Source of the DNA: Spizellomyces punctatus DAOM BR117
Lineage: Eukaryota
Length of the DNA stretch: 31,888 nt
Assembly (NCBI GenBank): GCA_000182565.2
Contig: KQ257473.1
Strand: one strand, 5' to 3'
A program made the position numbers and the translations under genes. The notes below the pieces were generated by a model, which saw only the letters and a list, made by a program, of their open reading frames with translations, was not told the DNA's origin and searched no databases. Positions 1 through 12,775 of the stretch are shown here, one piece after another (positions within the stretch are counted from its first letter, which is position 1; each line of letters begins with the position of its first letter).

Positions 1-844
1 GTCCATCGCTTTCATTCTTCACCTCTGAATTGAGAAGGTCGCTCTGAGGGAACTTGGCAGGAACAGCCTTCCGATTTCCGTCCAAACTGTTAGGCAGAGG
101 TCCCTTTTCTGCCGCAGGTGAGGAATTGTCTTGAAAAACTACGTCACCGACGCACGCCGTCAGTACGGATCGCTCGATCCCCAACTGCAATATCTGCGCA
201 GTTGTAAACCCATTCTGCAGAAGCATCATTAGCTGATTTCTCAGGGAAAGCCACTGATTGGGGGAACTTATGAAGACTTGTCAACAAGAAGGAGTAAAGT
301 GCCCGGTTAGCACTCGGCGACGCACCGCCCAACTGTCTGACTTGCGTCCCATACCCGAAACTTGCATCTCCGGAGGAAGTCGAGCCATGTAGGCCACCTG
401 GGCAAAGTCCGGTTGTTGCTCTAGCAGCATCAACATGGAAATCTCCACAGTGGGACAACTTGGCAACATGAACCTGTACCAACATGAGATTTACGGTTAA
501 TATGATAATCTCAACGGTAAATCAATAGACTATGGAAGTCCGACCCGGAAGGGACCATGGTTAGGGTGGGTGTACTTGTGTAGTTTTGACCGAAGATTTT
601 GGGAAACGTCGTTTTGGGGAGAGGCCTTCAGCTCGTGATCAATCCCTACGGACTCAGACCCATTAGGGTACACATGGCAGGACGCTGTTGTGAAGACACA
701 CCACAACCCTCTAGGCGTCAGTGTTGGCGTCGAGATGCATTTCTCTGTTTGTAATGGATCGAGATCACCGCTGCGCACCGTAGGCGATGGGGAGGGTGAA
801 GACTGTCCAGGCTGTGGCTTAGGTACTTTCGGCTCCGACGTCAA
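1..844 (-). CDS. Partial multi-exon hypothetical protein running off the left edge; 5' start not resolved
   Basis: ORF 530..844 (...HGPFR) joins VHVAKL...DASFG through intron 474-544 (GTCGGA...TACAG). Intron 267-354 (GTATGG...TTGAC...TAAG) then joins it to an open frame SPNQWLSLRNQLMMLLQNGFTTAQILQLGIERSVL... that reaches base 1. Intron phases are consistent. No family recognised. Confidence 0.5.
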
Positions 845-1464
845 CTGCGTTTACCGTCTTACCTTGCACCAATTTTACAGCAATATCCTTCCCGAAGTTC
901 TCCTACTGAGCGTTCTCCACAATTCAACGCGATGTCTGGCCAGTTCGTCTGCTTGATTTAAAGATAAGAACCCAATAACGCGACATTCGAGGCAACTGAT
1001 GGTGACATCTTTCAGTGATAATCAGATATCTTTCACCTTCATGCGGACCCACTGAAGGGACTCAAGTCGCCGCAGGAATCCTTGGTGCTCTCGCAGTTGC
1101 CGAAGTTGGCCTTGCTTATGGTCGATGGCTGAGTCTCCACATTGAGACCGACGCGGGCATGCCAGAGCACAGTTCAGAAGGTCGGGTCGCAAGCAGACCA
1201 AAGTTGAGGAAGACTGTGATAGAAATGAAACAAAGGTTGGGTTGGGTGATCAATGACACAAGAATCACGAAAAGAAACATAAGTAGATAAAGACGGCCAA
1301 AATACAGAGCATGAAGGAGAAGAGGAAAGAGAAACTTTATTGATATCATGCTTGGAGAGATGAACTGTCTCTGCAGATACGAGCTGCTTCTACATTGTCG
1401 TGATTCCATTAAGATAATTTCTATCATCAATTTGTACTTATTATGACATTCCAAGCATTCTTCA

Positions 1465-2640
1465 CTAAAGATCTGTCGAATTGTTCCTCATGCATCCACC
1501 TGGGAGCAAAAATCGAAACCGCTCCTTTTTGGCAATTAAATGTTGTGGTAGGTGGATTGCAGATGCTGATTTATCTAGCTTGCCCCATTTGCTCCAGAAT
1601 TCCCTGTAGCTGTACGCCTCTGGCAGCATACCAAAGATATCAGATCCTTCGCAGATGACTTTTTGAATTCTTGTTTCATCAAGTAAGCCTTCATGTTTGA
1701 CTCGATCAGAGTGCGAGTAGGCTGTCATCTTGAAGACAAAGTCTTTTATTGTCCGAAAGCAGAATGAGCAATGCCATCCTGCATCAACTAGCAGAAAGTC
1801 GCTAGACCGAGAATGCCGATAATAGGTGGAGGAGGGCTCGTAACGGTGCAACTGAGCTCGCCAACTATCCATGCCATTTCCATAAGGAAACTCGAATGAA
1901 TACATGTATGATCGTAGTTGAAGATGCAGCGGAGACGGGATGCCCGTGCAGTTCCCAAGGAGTCCAATGGTGTGACGGGCAGGAATCTCGTCAACGTCCG
2001 ACATAATAACCCAGTCACCCTCTTCAACATTGACTTCCCGCAACAAATCGTTCATCGCCACTCTCATGGCATTTTCCACTTTAAATGGATCCTCTCCCTT
2101 CTCCAGGTGAGGTAAAGTAGTAACACGGTGCACTATCTTATTCGCTGCGAAGGAAAAACGCTCTTGGTTCTGCTGGAAGGCTAGCGGTTTAGGAAGACCG
2201 GTGAATGTTGATTCTAAAGCAAACACGATTAGCAAGAAGGCTTCTTAATTTGCCGGCGATGCTTCAAGCCGGGTAGTAAAGGCATTACCAGCTTCTAAAA
2301 TGAGAAATTTGTCGACAACCGGTAGAAGCTCTCGCAATCTAATTTCTAAGAGATCCAGCTCCACGCTAAATATTATCGCGTCGAAAACTTTTGGCACATG
2401 GTCCCCCTCATTCCTCCAACTCCAGCTGTTGGCAGCACAAATATCAGCGCCCGATATCCCTTCCGCGTAGTAATGTGGTATGATTGTCCATGGCGTCCCT
2501 GGTGAGTCCCATATAGGTCTGAACAAGTACGCACTTGTTTCGAGAGTTGAACGCCCATATAAGACGGCGAAGAGTCCGACGACGACCAAGACAACTCCTA
2601 GGCAACGAAGTCTGAAAGGGATGCGACGATAAAACAACAT
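1465..2640 (-). CDS. Glycosyltransferase family 17 (beta-1,4-N-acetylglucosaminyltransferase, GnT-III/MGAT3-like), type II membrane protein, 2 exons
   Basis: N-terminal TM anchor and GT17 motifs VFDAIIFSVELDLLEIRL, ESTFTGLPKPL, MSDVDEIP (DxD), GWHCSFCF, KMTAYSHSDR and FLLPGGC. Intron 2214-2288 (GTAATG...CTAAT...TTAG) joins ILEA/ESTFTG in frame. Confidence 0.92.
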
Positions 2641-3144
2641 TCCTCAGGTGCTGACGATGATGACTTTCTGCGCAGCAGCGTGGAGGCCACTTTAAATGTG
2701 GTTCGAGTGTAGATACGTAACCATCTGGACCGACCAGCGTAGGCAGATTTGTAGATGCCATTAATAATGCAAGTAGGAAACTCAACTGAACTTCCGCAAC
2801 TCCCAACCAGGAATTGGTGTGAAAGCTATGATGAGACTCTCGCTAATGAAGGGAGAATAAGGTACGCAGCTCTAGGTACTCGTCATGTAGGCCAAACTCT
2901 AGCCTACGAAACTCAACTCAGTAGCGAGTTGTCGGAGTGATGATGAAAGTCAGTCGAGGAATTTACAAGTGGTTCTGACATGGTTGACCTCCATTCCCGT
3001 GTCAATTGGGGAGTGTGGCAGGTCCCACTGGTGAATGAACAATATCTAGGCCTGATCTGAGCTCTGTCCGTAGATAATTTTTTTCCCGGATACCCAACCA
3101 TCTAGTCTGCATGATAGTAACCGTTTCCGTTTCCCGACAGATGT

Positions 3145-6100
3145 ATGACCTGGTCAACCCTAAATCTTATTGCTGTGGCCTCCTCAAACGGGGCCCAGAC
3201 ACCGCGAGGGGTGACTGGAAAGCGGAAGCGAGATCGCAACAGGTGAATAAGTCTTGATATATGCTGCACCAAGCGGCCATCTAGATAACAAAGCTGCTCC
3301 GTATCCCACAAGAGAATCATTGATGCGTCCGCATATTTCTATATTCCAGTCGACTGAGGGTGGTAATCAATTGGTAGAAATCTGCAATTTACATCGAGTC
3401 CCGGAGCTCCACGGAGGGAATGCTATTACTTGTGTACAATGGGACCAGCATGGAAAGTATCTGAGCTCGGTGGATCAAACTGGCCGCATAATTATATGGC
3501 AGCTGAAGGCAAGCTATTCCCTCAACTTGCGCATGATGTAATCTACGTTCTTGGAATAATCTTTTGGATCGTTTCAGGGATGTATTAATCAGTGGGACGC
3601 TGTACATACGGTCGATTTGGATGAGCCGGTTGTTGCATTTCAATGGCTACAAGAGGATCGATTGGTACGGCTTGGTATCGAGCGCACAGAGTAGCAGAGG
3701 TTTAGCTAATGGCCGACATACAAAGTGGGGTGTAGATTTGAGTTCTGGAAAATTCGCACCGACACAGATGTCGGATGCACAGGCTGGTGCTGGTTTATCT
3801 TACTTCCGCACGCCGTTTATGGGACCAAAGCCTCCCCTAAGCGACCCGGGCTTTATTGTGTTATCACGCTCTGGCAAGGTAAACTGAATGTTTTGCCTTA
3901 TGCGCTGCCCATCGAGGTAGTTCAGAGCGTCTGATGGCTATCATATCACAGATACACGTCTTTCAGTTGGTATCGAGTGGACAGGTGGAGACCTTCTCGG
4001 TGCAAATACCCGGATTAGAAGTTTTGGACACACATATGGCTGTCGATGGAGCGCCCGTTCACCATGGAAAAGCGGGAAATGGAGTCACTCATGCGGATAT
4101 ACACCTGCGCAAGGGTAAGGAGATGAGGATAATTCTTTAAATAGTGACAGAATTCTGACATATCATACCAGCAAATAGCTTCACGGCCGCAATCTACTGC
4201 CCGGACGCACTCGATTCAAGTGTATGCCTCTATGACTTCCAAGTGAATTTTTCGTCACTTCGTAAGTTTCTACGTTGTGAAGTGATGCAACCGGTAAAGC
4301 GCTGTGCTGATATTGCAGTACCTGCATAAGTCATCCATTGCACTGGCAGGCGAATCTTGCGACGAGATCAAGGCGAACATACCGCAGCAATGATATCTGA
4401 CGGGGCACTGAGCCACCTGCGAATACTGGGGCAATCAAGGGTCATCTTTGTTGTCAGCAACAGAATGCCAGACGCCGGGGAGCTTTTGGATCGCAAGGGA
4501 GCTCCAAGTGATGACGACTCTAGAGGGAGTTCGGTATATATTTGCGAGTGGACGTCTATGTCGGATGACAATCCAAGTAATGACTCCAATCAGGTGAGCG
4601 ATTCTCTCGGGCACCAATGAGGCGACAATCTTGTTCTGGGTTGATGTTTATGTTACATAATTTCATAGGGTTGGGCCATCTCTGCAAACTATCATGTCAC
4701 CGGAGATTTTGTCTCTGCTTTAGAAGTTATGGAACGATCGGAGAGTGGAAGAAGCGATGGCTCTCGGGTTATTCTGTTAGGGTACTCTAGTGGCAAGTGC
4801 GAGATGCGAGATGGTGACACTTTGTTGAAGACCGATCTCGGCCGGTTCACATTTTCGCCGTACAAAGACTCAGCAACAGAGAATCTTTCGGAACCAGCTA
4901 TTCAACAAGCAGCAGGACGTGAGACAGCAATTGCGACAGGACTGGATGAGGATCCAGGAATTAATACGAACAGCCCCGCATCGTGTCTGACCGAAGGAGA
5001 CGGGATATCTGAAGTTCATAGGGCTAGCACGGAGCCAGCTCACGGAGATTACCAGAAAATGTCTTCAATCTGCGGAAATTACAGCTCCTCTGGCGGTTCT
5101 ACCAAGCGAAATGGGTGGAATTTGCCCATCATAAATTTTGCTGTATCTCCGAACAGCGTCGAGATTCTTGTTGCTAAAGATGATACCGAAAGAGGGGTCA
5201 TCATCGATCTCATGAAACATGATATTGAAAATATTGAAGGTAAGGCGTATGCCTCCATATGCAGCAAGTGGCTCAGTATTTTTCCTCTGCATGATAGCAT
5301 TAGAAAGCCATACGATAGTAGAAGCCTTATCTACTAAACTCGCTATTGCGTTGGCAAACAGAGTTGAATACATAGACCTGCTGTTTGCTACCAGAGCATA
5401 TGTAGATGAAACGGGACTCAAAGGTGAGTAACTGGGGTGCGTTGAGCAGTCTGTTCTGCAACTACTGGTTCTCATATCTCCGAACGCCGTAAGATCTTAC
5501 CATTCAGATTATGCGACGGGTTTATGCCAAGCACGCCGAAATCATGTCATTGTCCGGTTGGACCCCTGCCACTACTTTTCCCTACAATGCCGCCCTGTCG
5601 GTTGAAAATGGTCCTGTGGGCTTACAGCTTGCCATGTATCGGTATGTGGTGCGGAACCGTCCGGCTGTTGGCCAGATCTGACTTATCATGTATGCAATAT
5701 CTGTCATTCTGGTTGGAAAGGATGATACCTAGTCATGAGCAGCTATATGCCAACACTCAAGTTTGGATCCAGCTACAAAGTGTATTGGCCCAGTGCTATT
5801 CGGCTTTTGAGCAACCGGAAGCTGCGTGGGAGGTCATAGGTAAGGATTCTTCGAAGAAGATGACGGTTTTATTCCTCAGCGATATTGATGCTTGCCCTTC
5901 TCAGCAAACTTACTCCAGAAGTCGGACGTTCAAGACTTGGAACGAGCTGGCAAACTTCAAGCTGCCATGATCGTCCGAAAAGGTATGGAGACTTGGTAAA
6001 CGTTGATCAGCTTCCTTCATCTCATACTATCCGTCCACGAACCCGGCAGAATGCCTCCAACCTCTTGTGGCTTTTGCCCTGTGGTTGTCGGATTTCTGTA

Positions 6101-7077
6101 CAACCCTTTTGCGTCAGGTGTACTGTTTGTTGAACATGGAACAGAAATCTTTGGAGACAGCGGGTGAAGGGCGCCCACTTCACCGCTACCCAAGTGTGCT
6201 ACCCTTCCTCTTCCACACTGGCATACGGCGAACTATTTTGTCGATACTTTTCATAATGATCTATCTGGAGTACAATATTCATCTCCGCAGATCAATGTGG
6301 AAGAACAACGCAGAGCTACAGGGTTTCTTGATCGAATTGGCTCTCCTATTTAGGCGCAGTCGGGTAAAATTTGTGCCCTTCGCTGGCTTCCTAGCGGACA
6401 TAGGCAAGGAAGTTAGTGAAAAGCTGCAAGAGCAGAGTATTGATGAAACCCAGCGACTGATAATGGAGCAAAACATGCTCGTTCAAGGGACAGTAGATGA
6501 GGCATATACTAGTAGTCTTTCGGCGGTGAGAACGGCATTCGAGACAAGAATATGCGACATCTTCCCTCCAGACACCCCTCTAGTTGATCCCGTCCTGAGC
6601 TCAAGCCCTGATGATCTTCTTGCTATGCGACTTGGGCCATCTATTACAACCCTATTCAAAGCGCCAAAGTCTCAGGTGTGGCCTCTGGACACGATAACGG
6701 ATGACATCTGGGGCACTCCCTTCGCAGAGAAATATACCAGCGACAGAAATAACTTTATCCTTGAAGAGATTTCCGGGCGACTTGATGTCATGCCTCCTGC
6801 CAAGCGCAAAAAAGTGGATGCAATCCGCTCCCATATCGATGTCGTAACTAAGGCCCGGCTATCTCGGGCGGATACTGTAAGGCAGTGCATACGCTGCCTG
6901 CAATTCTCTCGAGGAAATGCATCTGGTCCTGACTCTGAATCAGAACATTTTCGAGGAGCGGATACGCTGATGTCTGAAATTGGCCTTCTGGCTAAAGGCC
7001 CAGTAGTATGGCGAGGCGCATTTCGGAATTGTTGCATATGCGGAGGTAGTTGGCGGGAGGTGCTGGACATCTCATAA
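3145..7077 (+). CDS. MED16: Mediator of RNA polymerase II transcription subunit 16 (Sin4), multi-exon; true start may be further upstream
   Basis: N-terminal TWSTLNLIAVA and WD-like ITCVQWDQHGKYLSSVDQTGRIIIW. C-terminal RQCIRC...WRGAFRNCCICGGSW matches the Med16 zinc-binding tail. Several short GT-AG introns link the + strand ORFs. Confidence 0.85.
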
Positions 7078-7176
7078 GATTAATTGTAAATGTGCAGGCT
7101 TTGTAATATATCAAGTGGGCAGCAATCATTGTAGAGTACAAAACATGAACCCGTCTGTCCCTGCATGTGAAGCAGT

Positions 7177-7904
7177 CTATGCCTGCGTGGCTTTCTCGAT
7201 AAATTTCTTAACAGCAGCTTCATCTCGACTCCCAATAAAGGAATCTTTCACCTTGCTGTTCTGGAACACCAGCACAGTCGGAAGAGACATGATCTGCACG
7301 AAAGTGAACGATCAGTGATCTGCAGACCGACCCAGCACCAAAAGTTACCACCTGATATTTAGCAGCAATCTGCTCCGCCTTGTCTACGTCCACCTTCACT
7401 AAAAACGTTTTCTTGTTCTCTTCGACCGCCTTTTTCAGGATGGGGGCCAGTACTCGACAGGGCCCACACCAACTGAAAGGGGAGACCGCCACATGAAATT
7501 AATCAATAACCGCCCGGACTTACGCCGTTGAGAGGAAAAGCTCCTTACTTTGCATAGAAGTCCACCACGACGGGTGTGTCTCCCGCTTCCGCTAATATCG
7601 TTTCGAAATCAGCATCACCTGCTGATACTTCAGAGCCCAAGCTTGGGGCAAGTGCTCCCGATGTTGAACTAAACGACCGTGTCGGAGTAGTCACTGAAAG
7701 TCTGGAGGACGTTATGGCAATTTGAGATACATGAGGGAAAGGTACTGTGGTACGAGTAGCTGTACAATTATTGGAAGTAGATCAGCGTATGCGCAAGAAA
7801 ATGGGTAGGCAGTGTGGACAATTACCGGTTGTGTAGGTGGCCGCAGACACAAAAGAGCGCGATATCCGGGCGCGGGCAGTACGTGCAGCAATTGTACGAA
7901 GCAT
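7177..7904 (-). CDS. Mitochondrial thioredoxin (TRX3/TXN2-like), 4 exons
   Basis: Spliced product has an Arg/Ser-rich presequence MLRTIAARTARARISRSF, then VVVDFYAN-WCGPC, KVDVD and IMSLPTVLVF. ATG at 7904, TAG at 7177-7179. Confidence 0.9.
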
Positions 7905-7974
7905 TTCAAGATTGGTTTCGCACAAGATTTCACACTGGCAATGGGTCTATGACGAGAAGAGCTAATGTCATATT

Positions 7975-7988
7975 GTTACCATAGCAAC
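7975..7988. promoter_or_regulatory. X-box (RFX-family binding site) GTTACCATAGCAAC
   Basis: Matches the 14-bp RFX consensus GTTRCC-AT-RGYAAC and lies ~70 bp upstream of the thioredoxin ATG. Confidence 0.55.
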
Positions 7989-8001
7989 TACATTGACTTT
8001 G

Positions 8002-9163
8002 TCAGCGTATGGCTTCCACCACGTCGTCGTCCCCGTCACTTTCAACTTCCAGCGCCCTCAAGTCCAAACAATGAATGATGTCGCTCTTTAGAAAGTTGCT
8101 GGCAATTTCCAGGAGGGTAGGAGGCGGCTTGTTTGACGCACTCGGCGCGCAGATCGTGAACGTTGCGAAATGTTGCGGAGGAACTATGATATATCAAATC
8201 AACATGTAATCCCATCAAACGAGATTGGATACTTACCTTGTCGTGACTGCACAGCAGCTTCTGTTGTCGTAGTTGCAAATACTGACTCGTCCGGCACCGT
8301 AGTCTTATGCTTTGATAGCTGGTTATGCTGAGAAGACTCGCTGTCCTGTCTCCTGCCCTCCAAAGGCTTTTCCCGTCTATTCAAAGTTCCATGTGTCTCA
8401 GATACTTCATTTGCTTCCTCGTTATTCGCCAGTGAAACAAAGAATTCATTGACACCCTGGGATTGCATCTTGTTTCTCTCATGTGTTGCCAACCGTGACA
8501 GTATTTGCGCATTGTTGGCAGTTTGCGTCATCTCGTCAACCATGCGTTTAGGATCTAAACTCATTAGAACACAACTTGTTCATTATTTATCAATCTTCTC
8601 ATTCTTGGACATGACCAATACCTACATGACCAATTTTGCGAGAATGCTCCAGTGGTCTCTACTACTACAGCATCCCTCACCGGGTGTGAATAGGCAGTGT
8701 GAGGTCGCAAGCCCTGGTGTTCCCTGTGCCCCCACCATGATGGGTATATTGTATGCACTGGGGCAGCTTCTGAAGGCCGTCGAACCAGCGGCTAGACATG
8801 ACTGTCAGCGTCGGTAAAGCCTACACTGCCCTAATATCCTACTACCTCCTCCGGAACGCTCATTACAACGCGTTGAGCCATTTTGCGTATTCCGCTATGA
8901 TCGTAGGTGCCATCGCTAATGAAGCGGCGTTCGCGCTCTGTGGTTGTCTTTGAACGCGATCTTCCTCTACTGACCACATGCGAGGTTACTCGTTTCCTGC
9001 TCACAGTGCTGGTGGTCATTGCCCTTCCGTGCAATGCGTGCAGCTGGACAACTCAGGGTCAACCCGATGTCCGAACGCGTCTCTTACGTATTGCGGAGAT
9101 TGCCAGAAATTCCCCGAGCGCCGATCTAAAATAATCTGAATTTGTCCATACTTCTCCATCCAT
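8002..9163 (-). CDS. Hypothetical multi-exon protein, divergent from CFAP210; start uncertain
   Basis: ORFs 8831-9034, 8564-8758 and 8199-8564 can be joined by GT-AG introns (e.g. PEE|PLVRRP; QSRQ|VPPQHF...VVEAIR, TGA at 8002-8004). Candidate ATG at 9163 (MDGEVWTNSDYF); the first splice is not resolved. Confidence 0.5.
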
Positions 9164-9501
9164 TTCACCTTGTTTTTCTTTAGCGTTGAATAGCTATGAC
9201 TACCGTAGGCATTCTTTCGCAGAATATAGGACCACATCTTGGATATTATCGTTGGTATCGTGCTGTAATTCTGTTCAATATTCCTCATCTTACATGTCGT
9301 TTTGTTTATACTTTGACATTGTTTCCGATGGCCTCTCGGGTACTCCACCAAATTTCCTGCTTTTTCAGCGGGCGACTTTTCACAACCGTTCCAGGATGAC
9401 GCCAATGCAACCGATGCCCGATCGAGAAAAAGGTGATTATATGTAAAACGATCTTGCCAATTACCCAAACTTTTAATCAGTGTGTGGGACTATCATTCAG
9501 A

Positions 9502-11616
9502 ATGGAGCCAGTCATTGTTAGTGCCTTAGACTTGAAGCGCCTACAGCAGAAACTTGAAGGGGTAGGGGTAGAGGAGCGAATCCGTCAGATGCAAAAAGAA
9601 GATGTGAGTATAGCAGGATTGACCATAAATGCATTTTGGCCTGCAATTATTATTGCCAATGTTGTTGCTCACGGAGTTCTCTAGCGTGAGGAACGATACC
9701 GTCTGTCCAAGGCCCGCGTATCACGGTGGGACAATACCATTGCAGGCCAGCGGCGAAAAAGACTTCAATCCCGTTCAGATAGACTGGCAGCCGAGGAAGC
9801 TGAGCGTGTACGAATGGACCAGGAGTATGCCGCAGAGGAAGCTGAGAGGAGGAAGGCTGCCATTGACCGAGCCAAGCAATTACAGTATTACCAAACAGAT
9901 ATGGTCAAGAACTTTCATAGTAAAGTTGTGCTCTTTGAGGCCTTAAAGGTTAGCCTCGACGAATATAATATGAGGCATGTCCTAATTGCTGACCATGGGT
10001 GGTGTTAGGAAAGAGATATGCAGGTCGCTCTCAAAAAAGAGCGGGCAGAGCTCGAAAGGAAACGGGATTTGGAATACGCGCGCGAAGAAGAACCGAAAGC
10101 AGTTGCTGCGAAACAGGCTGAACTGCAAGTGCAACTAGAAGTCCGACGACGTGCATTGCAAGCACAGCAGGATCTGCTTGATCAACTGAGACAAAAGCAA
10201 GCGCGGGAAGATGTAGAAGCGGAGGTAAATTTCGTCTTCTGATGTTTCATGGTTTCCTATATTTAATCGCTGCTTTAGGCATGCCGCCGAGAAGCAGAGA
10301 CTCTGACTCGCCTTGACGAAGAATTCAAACAGAAGCAAAAAGAGGCGGCCGCGAAACAACGGTCGCAGCGAGCAATTTTGCGTCAAGAACTCCTTAATAT
10401 GAAAGAAGAGCTAGCTACTCGAAACGCAGCAGATCGACAATTAGATGCAGAAGAATCTCGCAAGGCAGATGAATGGGCTGATCGGAAAAGACAGCAGAAC
10501 ATAAAGAAGAAAGAGCGCGAAAGGACCTGGTTCAAGTAAGCAGTTTCCTGCCACGCTCCTGACAGAATTATATAATAACTATCTCCAATTATTCCCTACA
10601 TTGCAGCGAATCGCAAAGAATGAGACAATGTATTGGGGAGCAAACAGCCAAAGAGGATGCCCTCATCGACGCAAAGATTGATGAGGCAGTGGCCAAAGCT
10701 ATGCGGGACCGAGAGGAGAAAGTGAAACGCCAAGAAAAAGAAGCTGCCGAAAAGAAACGCCGACAAGCAGATGAGCTGACCACTGCATATAAAAGCCATG
10801 TGGGTAGCAATTGCGAGTCCTGTTATAATGTGAATTCCGTGCACTGAACTGTGCAAATGGTTGATAGATCCGAAGAACCGAAATCCAACGTAAGATTCAA
10901 AAAGAACAGGATCAAGAAGAGCTAAAGGAGTACGTCCGACTCAATGAACAGGCCACCTCGGAGCGAAAAGTTCGGAAACAGGAACTGTTGCGGAAAGGGA
11001 AAGAGCTTCAAGACGTACACCTGCGAGAAATAGTACGTCACATTCTGATGATCAATCGATGCCCCCCTATTCAAGGCCTCACCGTCTTTTGCCTTGCTAG
11101 GCTCTTCATACCGCTCAGCGTGCAAAGGATCGCGAAGAGCAGCTTGCAAACGATCGTGCTACACTCGCGGTCCACGAGCATGACGACGAGAGATTGCAGG
11201 CCTATATGAAGAGTCTCGCTGCTGAATCATGGGCCCAAGACAATGCACGTCTACAACATTATGTGCACGAAGAAACCAGTAAGCCCAAAGACCAGCGACC
11301 GTGGCGACTGGCGGATAAACATTGGGTAGACACTGGTAAGCGGCTGGGGCTGACCAGTAACAAGTATCACCCGATGGATGTGGCGGGAACAAATGAGATA
11401 TGTAGGGGAGACTTTCTGTCCGTAGTGGGAAAAGCAACATCTCGGTGCGGTTCCGCTGCTGGCGGTGCAACCGTCGTATGTACACCTCAACCATCCGCTA
11501 GCCCAGCCAATTCCCGTCCTGCCAGTTCGTCGACAATCATATCGCCGCGAACTGGAGGCCATTGCAAACAAGGACGGCCCGCAATTCTTGAGAGACTCCC
11601 GGCTGTGCATGTCTAG
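9502..11616 (+). CDS. CFAP210: Cilia- and flagella-associated protein 210 (CCDC173), trichohyalin-plectin-homology coiled-coil protein, multi-exon
   Basis: Spliced sequence contains SKARVSRWDNTIAGQR, RKAAIDRAKQLQYYQTDMVKNFHSKVVLFEALKERDMQ and DTGKRLGL, motifs I recognise from CCDC173. Long E/K/R-rich coiled coil. Confidence 0.8.
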
Positions 11617-12012
11617 CAGTTTATTCGTTTGTATACTTTTTGCCATAGTACTGTAACGTAATAGAATTAATCGGTTTATATCACACTCCGTACCAAAGTT
11701 CCATGGGCCATAACAAGTTTTCAACACGGATAAGTGGTACTTTGGAGTCTAATTAATACGCGTCAATATATACACGGGATTATAATGAACAGATCCAGCC
11801 TGATGCTGGGATGAAAAGCACTTTTTGCCCAACGACAAGCTTTACAGCTGACCGAGTCTCAACGACGCAATGACCTCTGCCCTACAAAGACATCTCAGCA
11901 CCTGCTAAACCCATCCACATTCGTCTGCGCCTTTTCATTTGTCCGGTCCACTCGTGCATTAATCAGTCACTGCTCTCGACGACCTACGTGCACGGTTCGC
12001 GGGAAAGGCATT

Positions 12013-12775
12013 TCATTCGTTGACCTGCGCTTGATGAAGACGTTGCTGCATTTGCTCCTTCAACTGGTCTTGCTTCCTGTGCTCGTTAGCGATGTGATGG
12101 ACCTTGAATCCAAAAATTTTCGGAACGTATCTCTTCGGAGTTTTAGCAGGCATCAGATTTGGGTATGCTTGTAGCAGTAGGTGAGGGAACGTTGTACCAA
12201 AATGTGCACCATCAATCGCAAGATGCCGTCTCGATATCGGGTTGTAGACATCCTCACAGCGCGGACAATACAGCTTGACACACTTCACTCCAGCCACATC
12301 CCATAGCCCAACAGGGAGCACTGGCTGGTTGTCACACAGAACTCGTGGGCACCGACCAAATTCTGCATGGCGAAACTTTTCCTGCATCTTTGTGAGTCCG
12401 CGGGCGGTAAGGATAAAACGAGCATGAATGAGGCCATAAAGATGTCGCGCCGACTTTTCCACTTCCGCCCGCATATCGTCATCCAAGTCCTCTTCTAGTG
12501 CATCGGTGATCATATCGAACGCTAGTGCGTAGTGCTGTACTTCCGTGTTTAACCCCGTCAAGTTGAATCGGTCGAGGATATAATCTTCATCAACATCACA
12601 GTAGAATTCATTTCCTTTCAACGACTGAAACCATTCTATCCAGTATGCAGTGGACTCTGCTGATTCAGAAGAGCCCGCGGACATTTGATCCTGTGGTGCA
12701 GAAACGTCGAATCAGTCCATGTCCACAGATCAATATATTTCTCAACCAATAGGGTGAGTACAAACTTGCCTCCAT
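12013..12775 (-). CDS. CKB1: Casein kinase II regulatory (beta) subunit; 6-nt first coding exon followed by a GC-AG intron
   Basis: Motifs YWIEWF, YILDRFNLTGL, HLYGLIHARFILT, zinc motif CPRVLC...KLYCPRC, IDGAHFGTTFP and YVPKIFGFKVH. Upstream ATG GAG (12775-12770), intron 12691-12769 (AG|GCAAGT...CTGAT...CACAG), then GAT CAA ATG in frame, giving an MEDQMS start. The CKB1 versus CKB2 assignment is tentative. Confidence 0.93.

Noticed and set aside
884-891. ATATCCTT, a U12-type AT-AC donor motif
   Set aside because: It is on the + strand where no gene is evident, and no matching U12 branch site or acceptor was found.
9016-9468. 150-aa minus-strand ORF starting at TTG
   Set aside because: Non-ATG start, no recognisable motifs, and it overlaps the CFAP210 promoter region. 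A different frame fits the neighbouring spliced gene at least as well.
12013-12684. CK2 beta as an intronless retrocopy
   Set aside because: A plausible in-frame GC-AG intron and upstream ATG are present, and there is no poly(A) tail or target-site duplication.
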